64,000 bases of DNA, from assembly GCF_009914755.1 (NCBI RefSeq), contig NC_060937.1; one strand, written 5' to 3'. Within the stretch, counting starts at the first letter, position 1; the number at the start of each line of letters is the position of its first letter. Source of the stretch: the human T2T-CHM13v2.0 reference genome, Homo sapiens. Below, piece by piece: positions 44,720 to 59,097 of the stretch. The translations under genes and the position numbers were made by a program. The notes beneath the pieces are model-generated. The model searched no databases. It was not told the DNA's origin and was given only the letters and a program-made list of their open reading frames with translations.

Positions 44720-45212
<493 letters not shown>

Positions 45213-45929
45213 GGCTTAGGTGTTCTGGAAAGCAACTTAATAGCATGTATCAAGAATCTGAAAATATTAATATTCTTTTAATTCAAGAACTATATTTCAT
45301 GGTAAAATAGTAAAAGATTCCTACTCAAGAATGTGTATTTTAACACTTGCATTCTAAACAAAATTGGAAGAGTCAGATAAGTTATGATATATTCCATGGC
45401 TGTTAAATATTGGTTTAAAATGAAATTTAAATACATAGGTTAATGCCTATGTTGTTAAGTAAATATACATGGATTCAAACTTTCCATAATGTTATCCCAA
45501 ATTTATATATGTGTATGTGTGTGTGCATGTGTGTGTATATATAATTAAAGGTATATTAAAGAAAACCAAAAAATTAATAGCTTTATTTTTAAAATAATGA
45601 GCAGTAAATGATTTTATTCTTTACATTTTTCTTGTAATTTTAAACTTTTATATACAGAATAGGAGTTGCTTTTTAAATGAAAATATACTCAGTAAACATT
45701 ATTCTTAAAACAGTTGTAAGTAATATAGAAGACATGAAAGTAAAAATTGAGACAAGAGCATTGTATTTTAGAACTAGAAGGTAAGTGATAGAAGTTGAGA
45801 GTGCAGATTTAGGTAGACAGTGTCAGAAGTTGAACAAAAGGGATTGCAAAGTGAGTAGGGAGGAAATATCAAAAGGCTCTGTTTCTTTGGAAGGTACAAC
45901 TCTGAAAGGAAGGAGGAAAATACATCATA

Positions 45930-46210
45930 ATCATATCATATCAAACACTTGATGTTTTGAGTATCTACTAGGTATTGTACTTGACTTTTTACATGTAACT
46001 GACAAAACAGTTAAGTATTGTAATATCCATTGTAATAAAACTCCTAGTTTTATTATTATAAAACATAATAATGAAACCTCCTAGTTTTCTTTATTATAAT
46101 GGGCATTACATTAGTTACTCAAATTACTCAGAGAAACTGAGTAAATTGGTCTTGCAAAAACAAAGCATCTGCCACTAAAATTTGGTGACTTTGTACTATG
46201 CTCCACTGTC
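45930..46210 (-). mobile_element. MIR containing a fold-back insertion
   Basis: 'ttttgagtatctactaggtattgtact' and 'gagaaactgagtaaatt' flank an inverted duplication at 46019-46110. Confidence 0.55.
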
Positions 46211-46311
46211 TCTTACAGGATGAGACTAGTAAGGTCAAGTGAGTGGTGGTTTTTGTTGTTGTTGTTGTTTGTTTGTTTGTTTTCCAGCTAGTGCATATCT
46301 ATCTAAGCAAG

Positions 46312-46410
46312 GAGCAGCAAATCACCATGGCACGTGTATACCTATGTAACAAACCTGCACATTCTGCACATGTATCCCAGAACTTAAAGTATAAGAATAA
46401 TAAAAAAGAA
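46312..46410 (+). mobile_element. L1PA 3' terminal fragment
   Basis: 'gcagcaaatcaccatggcacgtgtatacctatgtaacaaacctgcacattctgcacatgtatcccagaacttaaagtataa'. Confidence 0.93.
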
Positions 46411-46479
46411 TCGCACGGCACTGTGCTCTCTTACAATACATATTTCATTTCCTCATCGGTAGGGTGGAATAGCTAATAT

Positions 46480-46680
46480 ATGAGGATGGACTCCCACCAG
46501 CCTGGATTCAAATCCCTCTGCTCCACCTTGTACCCTCTGCATGACTGTGGGTAGGTTACTTAGCCCTGCCAGCCTCAGTTCCCTCATTTATCTAGTGGAG
46601 ATAATATTATCTACCTCAAGAGCTGTTACAAAGATTGGGAGGATAATATATATAAACACACAATGCCTGGCAGAAAAATT
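46480..46680 (+). mobile_element. MIR
   Basis: 'gcctggattcaaatcc..gcctcagttccctcatttatc..atctacctca..caatgcctggca'. Confidence 0.85.
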
Positions 46681-46844
46681 ACCCTGATGCACAGTGGATG
46701 CAGTTATTGATACTGTTTTTGCTGTAATATTGCTGAGGAGTTGCCCTGGATATTTTGGAAGTTATAGAGCGCAAGTCTTGAATCTGTTATCATTTTTAAA
46801 ATGTGTTATATTTTACTATGCAAATACAAAATTTTTGTCACGGG

Positions 46845-47100
46845 CTGATTGATTCTCTCAACAAACATCTCTGAATCCCAACTGTGTGCCCAATGCAATA
46901 CTAGGAAATGGAGATGGAAGAATGAATTAGACATTGGCCCTCTGCTAAGAAGCAAGTGGAGAGACATTTATGTACAGTGCTTAAAGTGATGTAGTGGATG
47001 CTCTGCTAGAGATAGGTGCTTACTGCTAGGGAAGCTTGAGGGAAGTAACACTCTGCCTGGGGTGGTGCAAAAGGCATCAAAGAGAAGGTGGCTTTTTAGA
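46845..47100 (-). mobile_element. L2 3' end
   Basis: 'caacaaacatctctgaatcccaactgtgtgcc..tgaattagacattggccctctgc'. Confidence 0.7.
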
Positions 47101-48809
47101 GTAATAATACCTAACACCATCTTCCACAGTCCATGAAGTGTACTGAGAGTTTCACATATTTTTTGAATTTTCTCTTCATTGTATAATTCTGCCTCCTATC
47201 ACATGACTCTCTACAGGAAGTTGCAATATAAGCAAATCTCCTCATATGCTATTGAGAAAAAGTGAGGGTATGGGCTTCTCCAAGTGTATTCTTCTATGGG
47301 AAGCTACCCCTCACAGGCGCTACCTAAAAAGAATGCTGTAGTCAAATATATTTGAGAAATAAGTAATGCTTTTGCATCTTAAGAGTACTGCAGTGTATGG
47401 TAACATTTGCAGGTTCTAAGAAGACTTGTTGAGATTTTTTAAACTCAAGACTTTTCCCAAATAGCAACTACAATTAAAAAAATAATAATAACAATAGATA
47501 CTTCAAAGAACTAAGGTTTGTGGAACTCTGTGGAGGTGCTGATTTAGGATGTATCTCTACCTCCTAAACAAACATCTGTATAAGTTCCAGAGTACTCTTT
47601 TTCACAGGGAGAGGCATGGAGGATGGTGACATCAGGCATATATTTTGGAATATTTCTAACGAAAGTGACACATGCTTGGCATGGTGGGAATGGTAGAAGC
47701 TGAGCAGTTAGTGAAGTAGCATAAAGTACAGAACCAGAAAATGGCAAAGCTGTAGAAGATTGTATTGTTTAGAAAAGAGGCGAATATGCTGAAAGTATAA
47801 GTTAAGCCCTTGTGAAATTACAGAAGGATGATGACATTACAAAGTTTTTAGAAAAGATATACACAACTACTATTACACTAATACGAAAGAATATACTGTT
47901 TATATTTTTTGCTGGTTATACTCTATCTTAAACTATTTCTAATTAAAATTTCTCTTATTTCCTCATATCCTCCAATATTCCAACATTTGGTTTTATAATA
48001 TTATCTGTTGATTAACAAGCCTTTTGAAATCACTGAAAAATATTTTAAGATTATAGTATTTCATTGCATGAGTGGTTTTCAATGATACTGTGATCGTGAC
48101 CTGAATTTTCTTATCAAGTATAACAAATCTTCTCTGATGTCTGGTTAATTATTGCAATTTGATGAATACCTGTTTAATGAAGTTGAAGTGATTCTAACAC
48201 TTATATTTTACCTTAATATTGTTATGTAAATGGTTCTAGAAGATGATAAAATGATAAAAAGGCATATTCCAGGGATGCCCCTTTCTCTATTCTGATTCTA
48301 CCTCTTGCACTTTGGCTCTTTAAGTTTTCTAACTGTCATCAAATCAGCACTTCCAGGAGGTAGTAAATGCTCCATTGGATGATGCACACATCAAAACTTT
48401 GGTCACTAGCTTGAACACACAGGCCCTCAAAGGAAAACATAAAAGGCCAGAATGGGGGAGATGGATTTGACTACATAGCAGCAAAGCATATTCCAGGGCT
48501 AAGCACCAGGTGTGGTCTGGGATCCTTCGATGGTGTCAGTGCTGGAACAAGCTTTGCCAGACTCAGGGAGAGGATTCCTAGGCACTAATGAGTAATTTGC
48601 CTCCACTGGGAGGAAAGGGGGTTACAGACAGCCAGGGACAGAAGTGTTCAGGGATCTGCTTTCTTTTCCTGTCCACTGTCAGCCCAGATTTTGTAATCCA
48701 CATCTCCTGTTTTCCCATACTACAGTAACAACAACAACAAAAAAAAACTAAGGTTTACTTTTTAATTAAATGTAGTACCACTTAGGAAGATGTATGTTAA
48801 TCTGAGGCC

Positions 48810-49260
48810 AAATCTGCCGCCCTCAGCTTTACAAGTTGCTGGCCCCAGCAGAGCCTGTAAAGCTCTCGATAAGAGAGGCGAGGAGCAAGGTGCAGGTCCC
48901 TCAGCGATAACCTCCTGACTCCAGCATTATAGGTCTTTCTGCTGGAATTGAGTTCTACATCTTACTCGATGGGCTATTGTCACAGATGAGTAATGAACGC
49001 ACCCTTCCTGAGTCCCGGGGTGCAGGAGGCAGTCGGTCAGGCCACAGGGAGGCCCAGCTGCAGGCCCGCGGCGGGCAGATAAAGGGAAGGCAGTTCAAGG
49101 CACAGGGACACCGGTGACTGTTCAGAGAGCAGCCACAGGACGGGCCTGTTGGCTGGGGCAGGGAGCGGGCGCATTAATCACAATGTTCCCTGGGCTAATG
49201 GGCAATGCCGAGAAAGCAGCCTGGACCCGCAGAACAAAGGCAGAACATGATGAAGAGGGC
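48810..49260. promoter_or_regulatory. GC/CpG-enriched unique segment, candidate enhancer or weak promoter
   Basis: Most GC-rich non-Alu stretch; retained CpGs ('ggcccgcggcgggc', 'gagcgggcgc'); AGATAA, two CGATAA, CAGCTG. Confidence 0.4.
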
Positions 49261-50338
49261 ACATTTGCCAGCTGAGGGTTTCCAGGGTTGGTTTTTGGAA
49301 GGAGAAATAAAATAAATAATAGCTACCATGAGCACAAATTGCAGGTGGAAGGCATGATTAGGTAGCAGGTTGAGGTAGCGTCCTTTGCAAAATGGGTCTG
49401 GATATACTTCATTTGGATGTTTGATTTCCTTGCAGCTTCCTAAGGAGCTCAGCTCAGGGGTGAAGGGCATCCTCTTTGAGGAACAACACTGCAGGCTCGA
49501 GTTCTAGTAAGTGGCTGGTTGGCTGGTTATAATTTAAAAAATAATGCTGGAGGTAACTCCTGAGATATAACAGGTGACATAATTAACTATAGTTTTAAAA
49601 TCCTTACTTGCAATGCATTATATATTATTCTTAAAATTACAATTTCATTGATTTATCAAATAGATCTTCATTTTTTTAAAAAAGAGTAACCTAACTAGCG
49701 TGGCTCCCCTTGACTGTTCCTTCCTTTCTGAGACAGATAAGGAGAGAAAAAAAGAAAGAGAGAACATCCTTCTAGCCAAGAGCAGCAAAACTTTAAAAGC
49801 AGAAATGAAAATATATGACCCAACTATTTCCATGAGCTTAAAATACTCCACAACTTTCAGGAATAATGATTTAGAGGGAGGTAAACCAATTGACTATTTT
49901 CTTTTATATTTTTATAGCAATTGTATTGGCCCAATTGATGAGGTGATTTGTTTAAATCATTTTTATTCAGAAAAATTTTATAATCTCCTTCACAGTTTTC
50001 AAAATAATAGCTTTAATGGTTGTTAGAAAAAGTTTTAAGTCAGAAGTTTTGGGAGAAAAAGGAAGAAAGGTGGAAGCAAGTACTAAGTAGAACAATTAAT
50101 TCCAGCTGGGCCAAATAGGCAGAACACAGTTTCTATTCTGTCAAACCAGGAGCATCTCCTAAGTGTCAGGCCTGAGTGGCACCGCGTGATGAGCTTCCTG
50201 TCTAACCAGTCACTTGGACCGTAGTAGGAACGGTATTTTCTTTGCAATGGTGAAATTGTATTAGAGATAGCTAGTGGCCTGAGAGAGCTATGTTTTCATT
50301 TTCATTCAGTTTTATTTTTAAAAAATTTACTTGCTTCT

Positions 50339-50726
<388 letters not shown>

Positions 50727-51296
50727 TTAGAGACATCAAACTAATTGTCAGCAAACTTAAGAATCTAGTTCTGCTTTGCCAATTGCTAATTGTTTGGGCT
50801 TTGCAAGCAGTTTCATTTGAGGGTAAAGGAGATCTCCTTTTCTAATCTTTAAAATGTAGACTTAGCAATAGAGTTTCATCGATTTTTTGCTCCTTCCCCT
50901 CAAATGCAATTAAACTACAAAAATCTTCCTGTTTCTCTATTTGCCTTTGAACAAGGCATTCAGAAATCTACATAAAATGTTATAATGAATTAAAGTATGC
51001 TACGTGTTCCATTAGTAAGAGTTATACTAAATTCATGTGTGTAGTATATGAGATGAAGTACCCTAGTGGCTCAAACATAGGAAAATCTTAGATTTTTAGA
51101 TAATAACAACAGAGCATTCCAGCAACCGTAAAATTAATATATCAATTACAATAAATTGTGGTTCCTAATTTGCAGGAACTGTAATCATGAATAGGAAGAG
51201 TAGATACTTGGGAATTATTTATCTATGTAGATTTATAAATTCATATATATATAAATCTACCATACATAATTATATATATATTTTATATATATAGAA

Positions 51297-51570
51297 CCAA
51301 AATACTTCTCTTATAATGTTCAAATAGAGTGTATAAATTTATATATTATATATATCCTATTTGAATATTATAAAATAATATATAAATATAAATATATATT
51401 TATGTATTTATATATAATTTATACATAATATATAAATATATAATATATAATATATTAATATAAAATATATTAAAATATATAAAAATATATAATATTGTAA
51501 AAATATATAATATATAAAAATATATAATATATATCCTATTTGAACATTATTTATAAGAGAAGTATTTTGG
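51297..51570. repeat. Palindromic AT-rich repeat with (TA)-rich core
   Basis: Arms CCAAAATACTTCTCTTATAATGTTCAAATAG (51297-51327) and its reverse complement with a 4-nt insertion (51536-51570). Confidence 0.92.
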
Positions 51571-53974
51571 ACCTATACCCAAATTTGGAGAAAGTATTTG
51601 ATTGGAACTATAACCATATTTCTCCTGTGATTTCTTCTTGAAGCCTATCTGGGAGATTCTTGCTTATTTCCTGACTGCAGGAGGACCCTCACTTATCATT
51701 GTAATATAGTGACCTGAGTCCAAAGCAGACCCACCTCCTTCACAACAGGAGGGCATGAGTTAGAATGTATCCTCTGTGAAGAAATACCCAGGCCTTTATG
51801 GGGCTGCAGAACTCTCCTAACTCCTGGGTCATCATCTGGATAAATATATTTAGTTTCCATGCATGGTCCCAGAAATAAAGGAAGTGAACCAGAGGGCTCA
51901 TAGCTGCTCTCATTTCAGAACAGTTGACTGTCCATTATTTATAGGAAATCAGGGAGTCCTATTTTGAGCCAGGAAAGAGGTGATTGAAGGAGTACATCAT
52001 GATTTGAATAATCAATTCTGTTAGTTAACCTTCAACCCTCAGCAGTACCCCAATAGGCATAGGTCAAATGAGTATTAATGAATGTTTTTCTGAATGTGCG
52101 ATCTGAGTGGGTAGGATCATCATAGTATTATCAGTTTTATGCTAAAATTTTAGATTTTACAAATGGCTGAATTGGCTTAAGAAATGTACAAAATGCATAA
52201 TCTCCAAAAGAAAAAAAATACCCCCCCAAAAGTAGAAGAATAAGCCTAAAATCCTGGACAGAATCCTCAAAGTCTAATTTATTATAAATAAATAAAGAGA
52301 TTGATCATGGATGAGAACCAAAAAATGTTATTTAGCTTCAAAACATGTCTAATATGTGTGTGTGTTTGTGTATGTGTGCATTTTTCCACATTAAAATTTG
52401 CTCCTATGGTGTTCATTTTGAATCCTGTAGAAGTATCAAGAAGCAAACTTCTTAATATATTAAAGACTGATAAAACAGATATAATGGTAGCAAACTTTAT
52501 CATGTATTAAAGACAGATAGGATGGTTATAATCATGGAAGGCATGCATGACTGTTTATTTTTTGCTTTGTAAAGATTATATTGGTGAGAAAAAGAATATT
52601 CTGGACTGAAAATAATTCCGATGCTCCGTTTTCTAAAATGAGATTCTTTTTTAGAGTTTGCCGTGGTCTGTGCCATTACATATTTTGATGCATTTGAAGT
52701 GCTGCTAGAAAGAAACCGAGTTCTTGTTAGAATTTAAAACACAAGGATCCATTTCTGCCTAACAGTCTTGTAGTTGTACATTCCCTGAAGTGTATCCCAT
52801 CTGCTTTTGGGAGCTCTCATTGCAATATGCAGTGATTGCAGGATAAGCACACCATTTTCCTGTCAATACTTTCCTATTAGCCTCCTGGATCCATACATCA
52901 TCATCTTGCTGGCCTGCAGTTTGCTTATCTTTGTCTCAGAGGTTGCCTTTGATTTATCTAACACCCAAGCTAATGAGGCATGGAGCCCAGGGTGGCTCCA
53001 AGGATAATGCACTCCTGTATAAAAATGCTTAAGGAAGGATCAAGTGCTAATCCATTCTAGACTAAAAGGCCTTAGTCCTTCAACAAATGTTGTATTTCTT
53101 AATCGCTAAACTAAGACTATAATAGCTCCCCCTTAAGCTACTACCATCAGTAAAACCACACACACTAACTACATGCAATTTACCAAAAGAACTAAAAATT
53201 GGATTTTAATTTGTGCTTCCAAAAAAAAGCCAAAAAATGGTTTCTATCTTAGCAACAGTTATCAGCATTATTTGACAGCATTCTTATGCAAGAATAAGTT
53301 AGCTTTAATATTTAATTTACAGTAATAGTTTTATATTCCCTCGCTGGGACCTATGTTTTTCTAAAGACAAAAGTAACAGAAGCTACAGTGTTACTGTGAT
53401 ATGGATAAATCAAGCCAACCATTTCAATAATGGAGGTAATTACGAAGTGTACATATCCGAAATGTACCGAGTGGTTAGGGGTTGTTTAATTAACAGAAAA
53501 ATTTCAATATCATCAGCAAGTGTGTTGGTATCACAAAAGCATTGTTAAGAATGTATTTAAAAATGGTAATGATTTTCATTATTTTAGTTATACACAATTT
53601 AGCTATAGAAACACTTTTCACTAATACACCGTGGATTCTACTTCACTGCAACAACACAGCACAACATGAAGAAGTAAGTGATTGAATTTGGTCAATGTAA
53701 ATAACCAACCTAGAAATATAGGTCCAAAATATTTATCTTAGAAATAATGTTTAAATAGGATATATATATATCTATCTCATATATACATATATAAATCTAC
53801 ATATATAAGTAATTACCAAATTTTTCAGTGTAAAGAACCTTGAATTCACTCTACAGAGATTTTCTTAAACTGTTTTGCTTTTTCTATTAATCATTCGCCA
53901 TAAAATTAAGATGCAGAAGTTTCTTCCCTTTATAAATCTTCTGCCAGTACTAGGATCAAAACTATTTTAGAGAA

Positions 53975-54050
53975 ACAGAAGAGAGAAAAAGGAGAGGAGG
54001 AGAAAAGAGAAAGGAAGGGAGGGAAGGAAGCAGAGAGGAGGAAAGAAAAA
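53975..54050 (+). repeat. GA-rich polypurine tract
   Basis: Directly visible. Confidence 0.85.
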
Positions 54051-54899
54051 AGCTAGTCGGTAACTAAACTGTGGCAAAAGTTCAAAGAGAAGAAAGGCTC
54101 ACTCAGAAACGTTGTGCAACATTAAAATCTTTCACCCACTGGTTCACTCTGTGCCCCTGAGGACATGACCAAGGTAATAAGTCCCTTTATTGGTCTCTAA
54201 CCAATGTTATTGAGAACCAGGGTGGAATTTAATAATGTGACATTATTAGGAATTGTTATTGAAATGTAAATGATCTTCAGTTCATTTATTTAAGTCACAT
54301 AAAGAACATAGTTTAGAATGAAAATTACTTATTGATTATTAGAGCAATTAACAGAATAAATTTTAGTGCTGGTATTAACATTTTCCTAAAGTCCAAACTG
54401 TTGCTGCTTAAACTCAGCAGGACACTTAATTAGTCTGGGACTCAAAGATTATCTTTTTTGAGAGAGTTACCTTTAAAGGATTTTTTTAAAAACAAGAAAT
54501 TGATTGCCAAAATTACTCTAAAATATCCGAACTTTCAAAATTTTGGCTTTTAGTAGGGGAGAAACATCCCAGAATAAGATGGAGCTGCATAGACATAATT
54601 GCATAAGTAAAGGAATAGAATATTCTAATTTTGCTTTATTAAAAGAAACTTTGAAGTCTATTAAAGTGGAATCTGTAATGTCAATTTCCTTTTTTTCCGT
54701 TTTTGCTAGTTTCTGTCAGCATCATTTGACATTTTAGGGGTTGACTTTTCTTAGTTGTAATTCTTTCTTTCCATTAGTCTTTATTTTAAAGATAAGATCA
54801 GTTCTTAGAATACAGCTTTGTCAGAACTTGAACATCTTTTCGATGGCTTTCTAGATGTGATAATGATGTATACATTTACATATAAAAAGGTGTATAATA

Positions 54900-55204
<305 letters not shown>

Positions 55205-55471
55205 GGGGGCTGTATAATAAAGATAATTCAGTGCATAATTCAACACCCAAATCTTTGAGATTTGCTTGAATTATTTTGATGTCACTGGCAAAGCTGCTGT
55301 TTTTTTAACCTATATTATTGCAATTAGCCTCATCCCAGTTCACCTACCATTGTGATGTACTAGAGACTTTTCAAAGGGAATTTCTAATTTACTTAACCTG
55401 TTAACTGACATCACTATTATGTAGTCTTAAACGATATTGTAAAGTCCGAGTGAGAATTTTGACTAAATTAT

Positions 55472-55911
55472 TGTGTTAGTTTCTTGATGTTGCCATAGTC
55501 AAGTGGCTTTAAAAAATAGAAATTTATTCTGTCACACTTCTGAGGGCTAGACGTCCTCAAGGCGTCAATAGGGCCATGCTCCCTTGGAAGTCTCTAAGAA
55601 AGAATTCTTCCCTGCCTCTCCTAGCTTCTGGTGGCTCCTATAAATCCTTGACATTCTTGAGCTTGTAGATACATCACTTTAAGCTGTTTGTCTTCACATG
55701 GCCTTCTCTGTGTGTCTCCTCTGTGTGTCTCCTCTTATAAGGACACCAGTCTTTGGATTTACAGCCCAGTATACTGGATCTAACCCAGTATAAGCTCATT
55801 TAATGTGAATATATCTACAAAGATCCTGTATCCAAATAAATTTACATTCACAAGTATCAGGAATAAGAACATTATCATATCCCTTTGGGGGATACAGTTT
55901 AATCCACTTTA
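55472..55911 (-). mobile_element. MLT1B/C-like MaLR solo LTR
   Basis: 'tgtgttagtttc..agaaatttattctgtcacacttctg..ctagcttctggtggct..tcttataaggacaccagtc..gggggatacagttt'. Confidence 0.88.
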
Positions 55912-55949
55912 GTCATATAAATAATGATCCTTAACTTCCACCTGCTTCA

Positions 55950-56150
55950 TTTATAATAGCTACTGTGTAGTGAGTGCCTAGCATGTGCCAATTTGAATCC
56001 TTTTTTAAACCTATATAAAAATATACTATAATTCCAATTGCACACAAAGAAACTGAGTTTTAGATACCTTACCCAAGACCAAAAAGCTTGTGAATGGCAA
56101 AGCCAGTATTTGAATTGAGCCCTTTTCCAAAGCCCATACACTTTTTCCTG
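55950..56150 (-). mobile_element. MIR
   Basis: 'aagaaactgag..acccaagacc..gaatggcaaagccagtatttgaa'. Confidence 0.7.
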
Positions 56151-56655
56151 TGTGATCTTCATGAATTAAAGGGAACATGAAGTGCTTATATTTGGTTTTG
56201 TGGTAGACTCACTCTAAATAAAGATGAGCTATATATGTAAAACTTCATATGTAATAAAAGAAAACAATGTATAATCAAATCCATGAATGAACACTACACT
56301 GAATACAGACCCTAAATTTGGAGGTACCCTGAAAGACAATGGTATCACTTGAAGGTTCCATCCAATGTCCACTTTTATGGTTTCAATGTTACTGCATATT
56401 TTAAAGAGATATATGTTAAAGGATATTTATAAAGCAGACCAGTGAAATTTGTGAGGTTGAAATAGCTGAACAGATCATTTCAGAAAGATCTTACAAGGAT
56501 AATTTTAGACATGGGCACTCTGTTTATATTAATATGTGTTGTATTTTCAAATTGCTATGGTGTAAAATTTCTAAATCAACATTATGCATGCTGATGCTTC
56601 AAGTACTTTATGAAAACAGTTTATTCTATCTCCAAGTGAAAAAGGTAGAATAAAG

Positions 56656-57090
56656 TTTTTTGTTTGTTTTATTTAACTTTTATTTTTGTTGTTGATATAT
56701 TTTGTTAAAACACACCGATCAACCAACTGTTTGATTGGTGTTGACAGAAACCCACAGACAAGTTATGAGAAGAGGGGTGCATGTGCAGGTTTGTTACATA
56801 GGTAGACTTGTGTCACGGGGTTTTGTTGTACAGATTATTTTATCAACCAGGTATTAAACCTAGTACCCATTAGTTATTTTTCCTGATCCTCTCCCTCCTT
56901 CCACCTCCACCCTCCAATAGGCCCCAGTGTGAGTTGTTCCCCTTTATGTGCTCACATGTTCTCATCTCATCATGTAGCTCCCACTTATAAGGAAGAACAT
57001 GCGGTATTTGGTTTTCTGTTCTTGTGTTAGTTTGCTAAGGATAATGGCCTCCAGCTTCATCCATGTTCCTGCAAAGGACATAATCTCATG
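56656..57090 (-). mobile_element. L1PA (PA11-14-like) 3' end with an internal foreign insert
   Basis: 'ggggtgcatgtgcaggtttgttacataggta..gttgtacagattattt..ctagtacccattagttatttttcctgatcctctccctcc'. Confidence 0.92.
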
Positions 57091-57179
57091 TAAAATGAGT
57101 TTTAAACATTATTTCCTTATTATACAATTATTATAAACAAAATATTCTTATGAGACAGTGCATTTGTTTGGTTATTATA

Positions 57180-57620
57180 AGTAAAAATGGGCATTTCAAA
57201 ATTCTATTTCTTGGCCATTTACAATTATTTTTTTGCCTGTTTATGTTCTAAGCTCTTTGTGTAATGTGTATGTTGAAGGGATGCCTGGTTTTTTCCCTGC
57301 ACGTTTTGCATGAACTCTTTCTACATTAAGGATATTAACCATCTGTCTAGACCTGTTGCTTAATATTTTTCTATGCTAACCTATTTCCCTTTAACTTTGT
57401 TTATGGTGCTTTTATCTTAACTCTCCCTCCCCATTTTAATTCTTATATAATCAAAGTTATTGTTTTGTTTCTTTATGGTTCTCTTTTTAAGGTCTTGTTT
57501 AAAAAGTCATTCCATACCTCAAGGTTATATAAGTATTTTTCTAGTATTTTTATGGTTTTAACCATTGTCATGATCTTCTTCATAATTATTATTTTACATT
57601 TCAATATTTGATCCATGTGC
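57180..57620 (-). mobile_element. Old L1 (L1ME-like) fragment
   Basis: 'ctctttctacattaaggatattaacc', 'aactttgtttatggtg', 'ttgtttaaaaagtcattcc'. Confidence 0.6.
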
Positions 57621-59060
57621 TGAATGATTTCATTCTCATTAAGTACCAGGAAGAAATACTGTTCTCCTTAAGTAAAGTAGCAACTATGATCTGCCAGACT
57701 AGAGAAAGATGCTCCTTGCCAAGAAAGCTGCTGCAGAGTCTCACTGAATCTCAGATTCTTCTGCCTGCATTTAGTAACACGAGATAAAACCCATATACTG
57801 TCAAATTGCTTTCCTCATCCTGGTCTCAGTTTCTCTATTATTGAACTGTGAAGTATTGCACTTGTCTCTAATTCTTCAGAAGTTATTGTACATCAAACAA
57901 CCGCCCCTTGATTGTGCCATTTATTAGTTAAGAGTACTAGATCATGTTTAATACAACAGATGAGGAGAAATTATGAGCGCTTAGCATAGCCTCTGAGCCT
58001 GTTTGCTAATGTATAAAGTGGAGATGACAATACTCCAGGTTGATATGAGGAATAAATAAAATGATTTATGCAAAGCAAATAAGAGTTGAAATTACTGTTA
58101 ATGTTATTAATGTTATTAATATTTTTCAAGTCTGATAAAAGATTTGGCTTTGGGGAGTTTTTAATATCCACTAAGTTAGGCCTTATTTTTTGGATTTCAA
58201 TTATCTGTACTAACTCTGTTCCTATTGGAGGGTTAATATAGATCATGTGGGGACATTGGTATTTAACTCAAGGAAATTGGATGTGTTTACAGTAGCTAAA
58301 TAAAGTAGGGTTCGATGAAAAAAATGCACTTTAAAAAATTCATCTTGGGGCACAGCCACCAAATACTATTATCTAAAAATGGTTGGAACAGAGAGGAAGA
58401 ACAATAATAACCTAAATACTTGAAAACATCACCTAGGGACACTTAGAGAATGCTTGAATACATTTTATTTTGCAATATTTAGTGTTTTATAACAATTTTC
58501 TTTGCATTATGTGTTTCAAAAGATAGAATGCAGATGGTATTACAATTTATACCTTTTTCATTTTTATTTTTTAAGAACTGAATTGCAAGATTGAATCAGA
58601 CAACTTAATCATCTTCTTAAAGACTAATAACAAAATAGATAAACCAGGTGGAGAATATAAACTACTGCATTCACTGGAGCATATACAAATTCTTAATTTT
58701 ACTGGAAATTTCATTTGAGTCAGCAAAAACATACAAGGGCTTTGTTCTCTGAACCAATCCAAGCACATTAAGTCAATAGCAAACAATTGAGCAACTGTCA
58801 CTCTCCTGTAACTTCATCTATCAGAAATAAGCTTTAATTACAGTCTTCCACAGCGCTTATTCAGTATTCTAAAACTACAGTTATAAAAGGATATTGTCAG
58901 AGGTGAGTAGGATTTATTAACTTATTATTTTTATTAATCTTATTTACCAGTAGGCTTCATTGCCCTTCACAACCCTTCAGAATAAAAACTGTCTCAGATC
59001 ATGCTGGAATCTTTTAAAGTTTATTCACTACACCAGGAATATCTTAATTTCATAACTCAT

Positions 59061-59097
59061 GTGTGTGTGTTTGTGTGTGTGTATGTGTGTGTGTGTT
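59061..59097 (+). repeat. Interrupted (TG)n microsatellite
   Basis: Directly visible. Confidence 0.9.

Noticed and set aside
47270-47530. Possible old hAT-Charlie fragment
   Set aside because: Resemblance too faint to assign a family by eye
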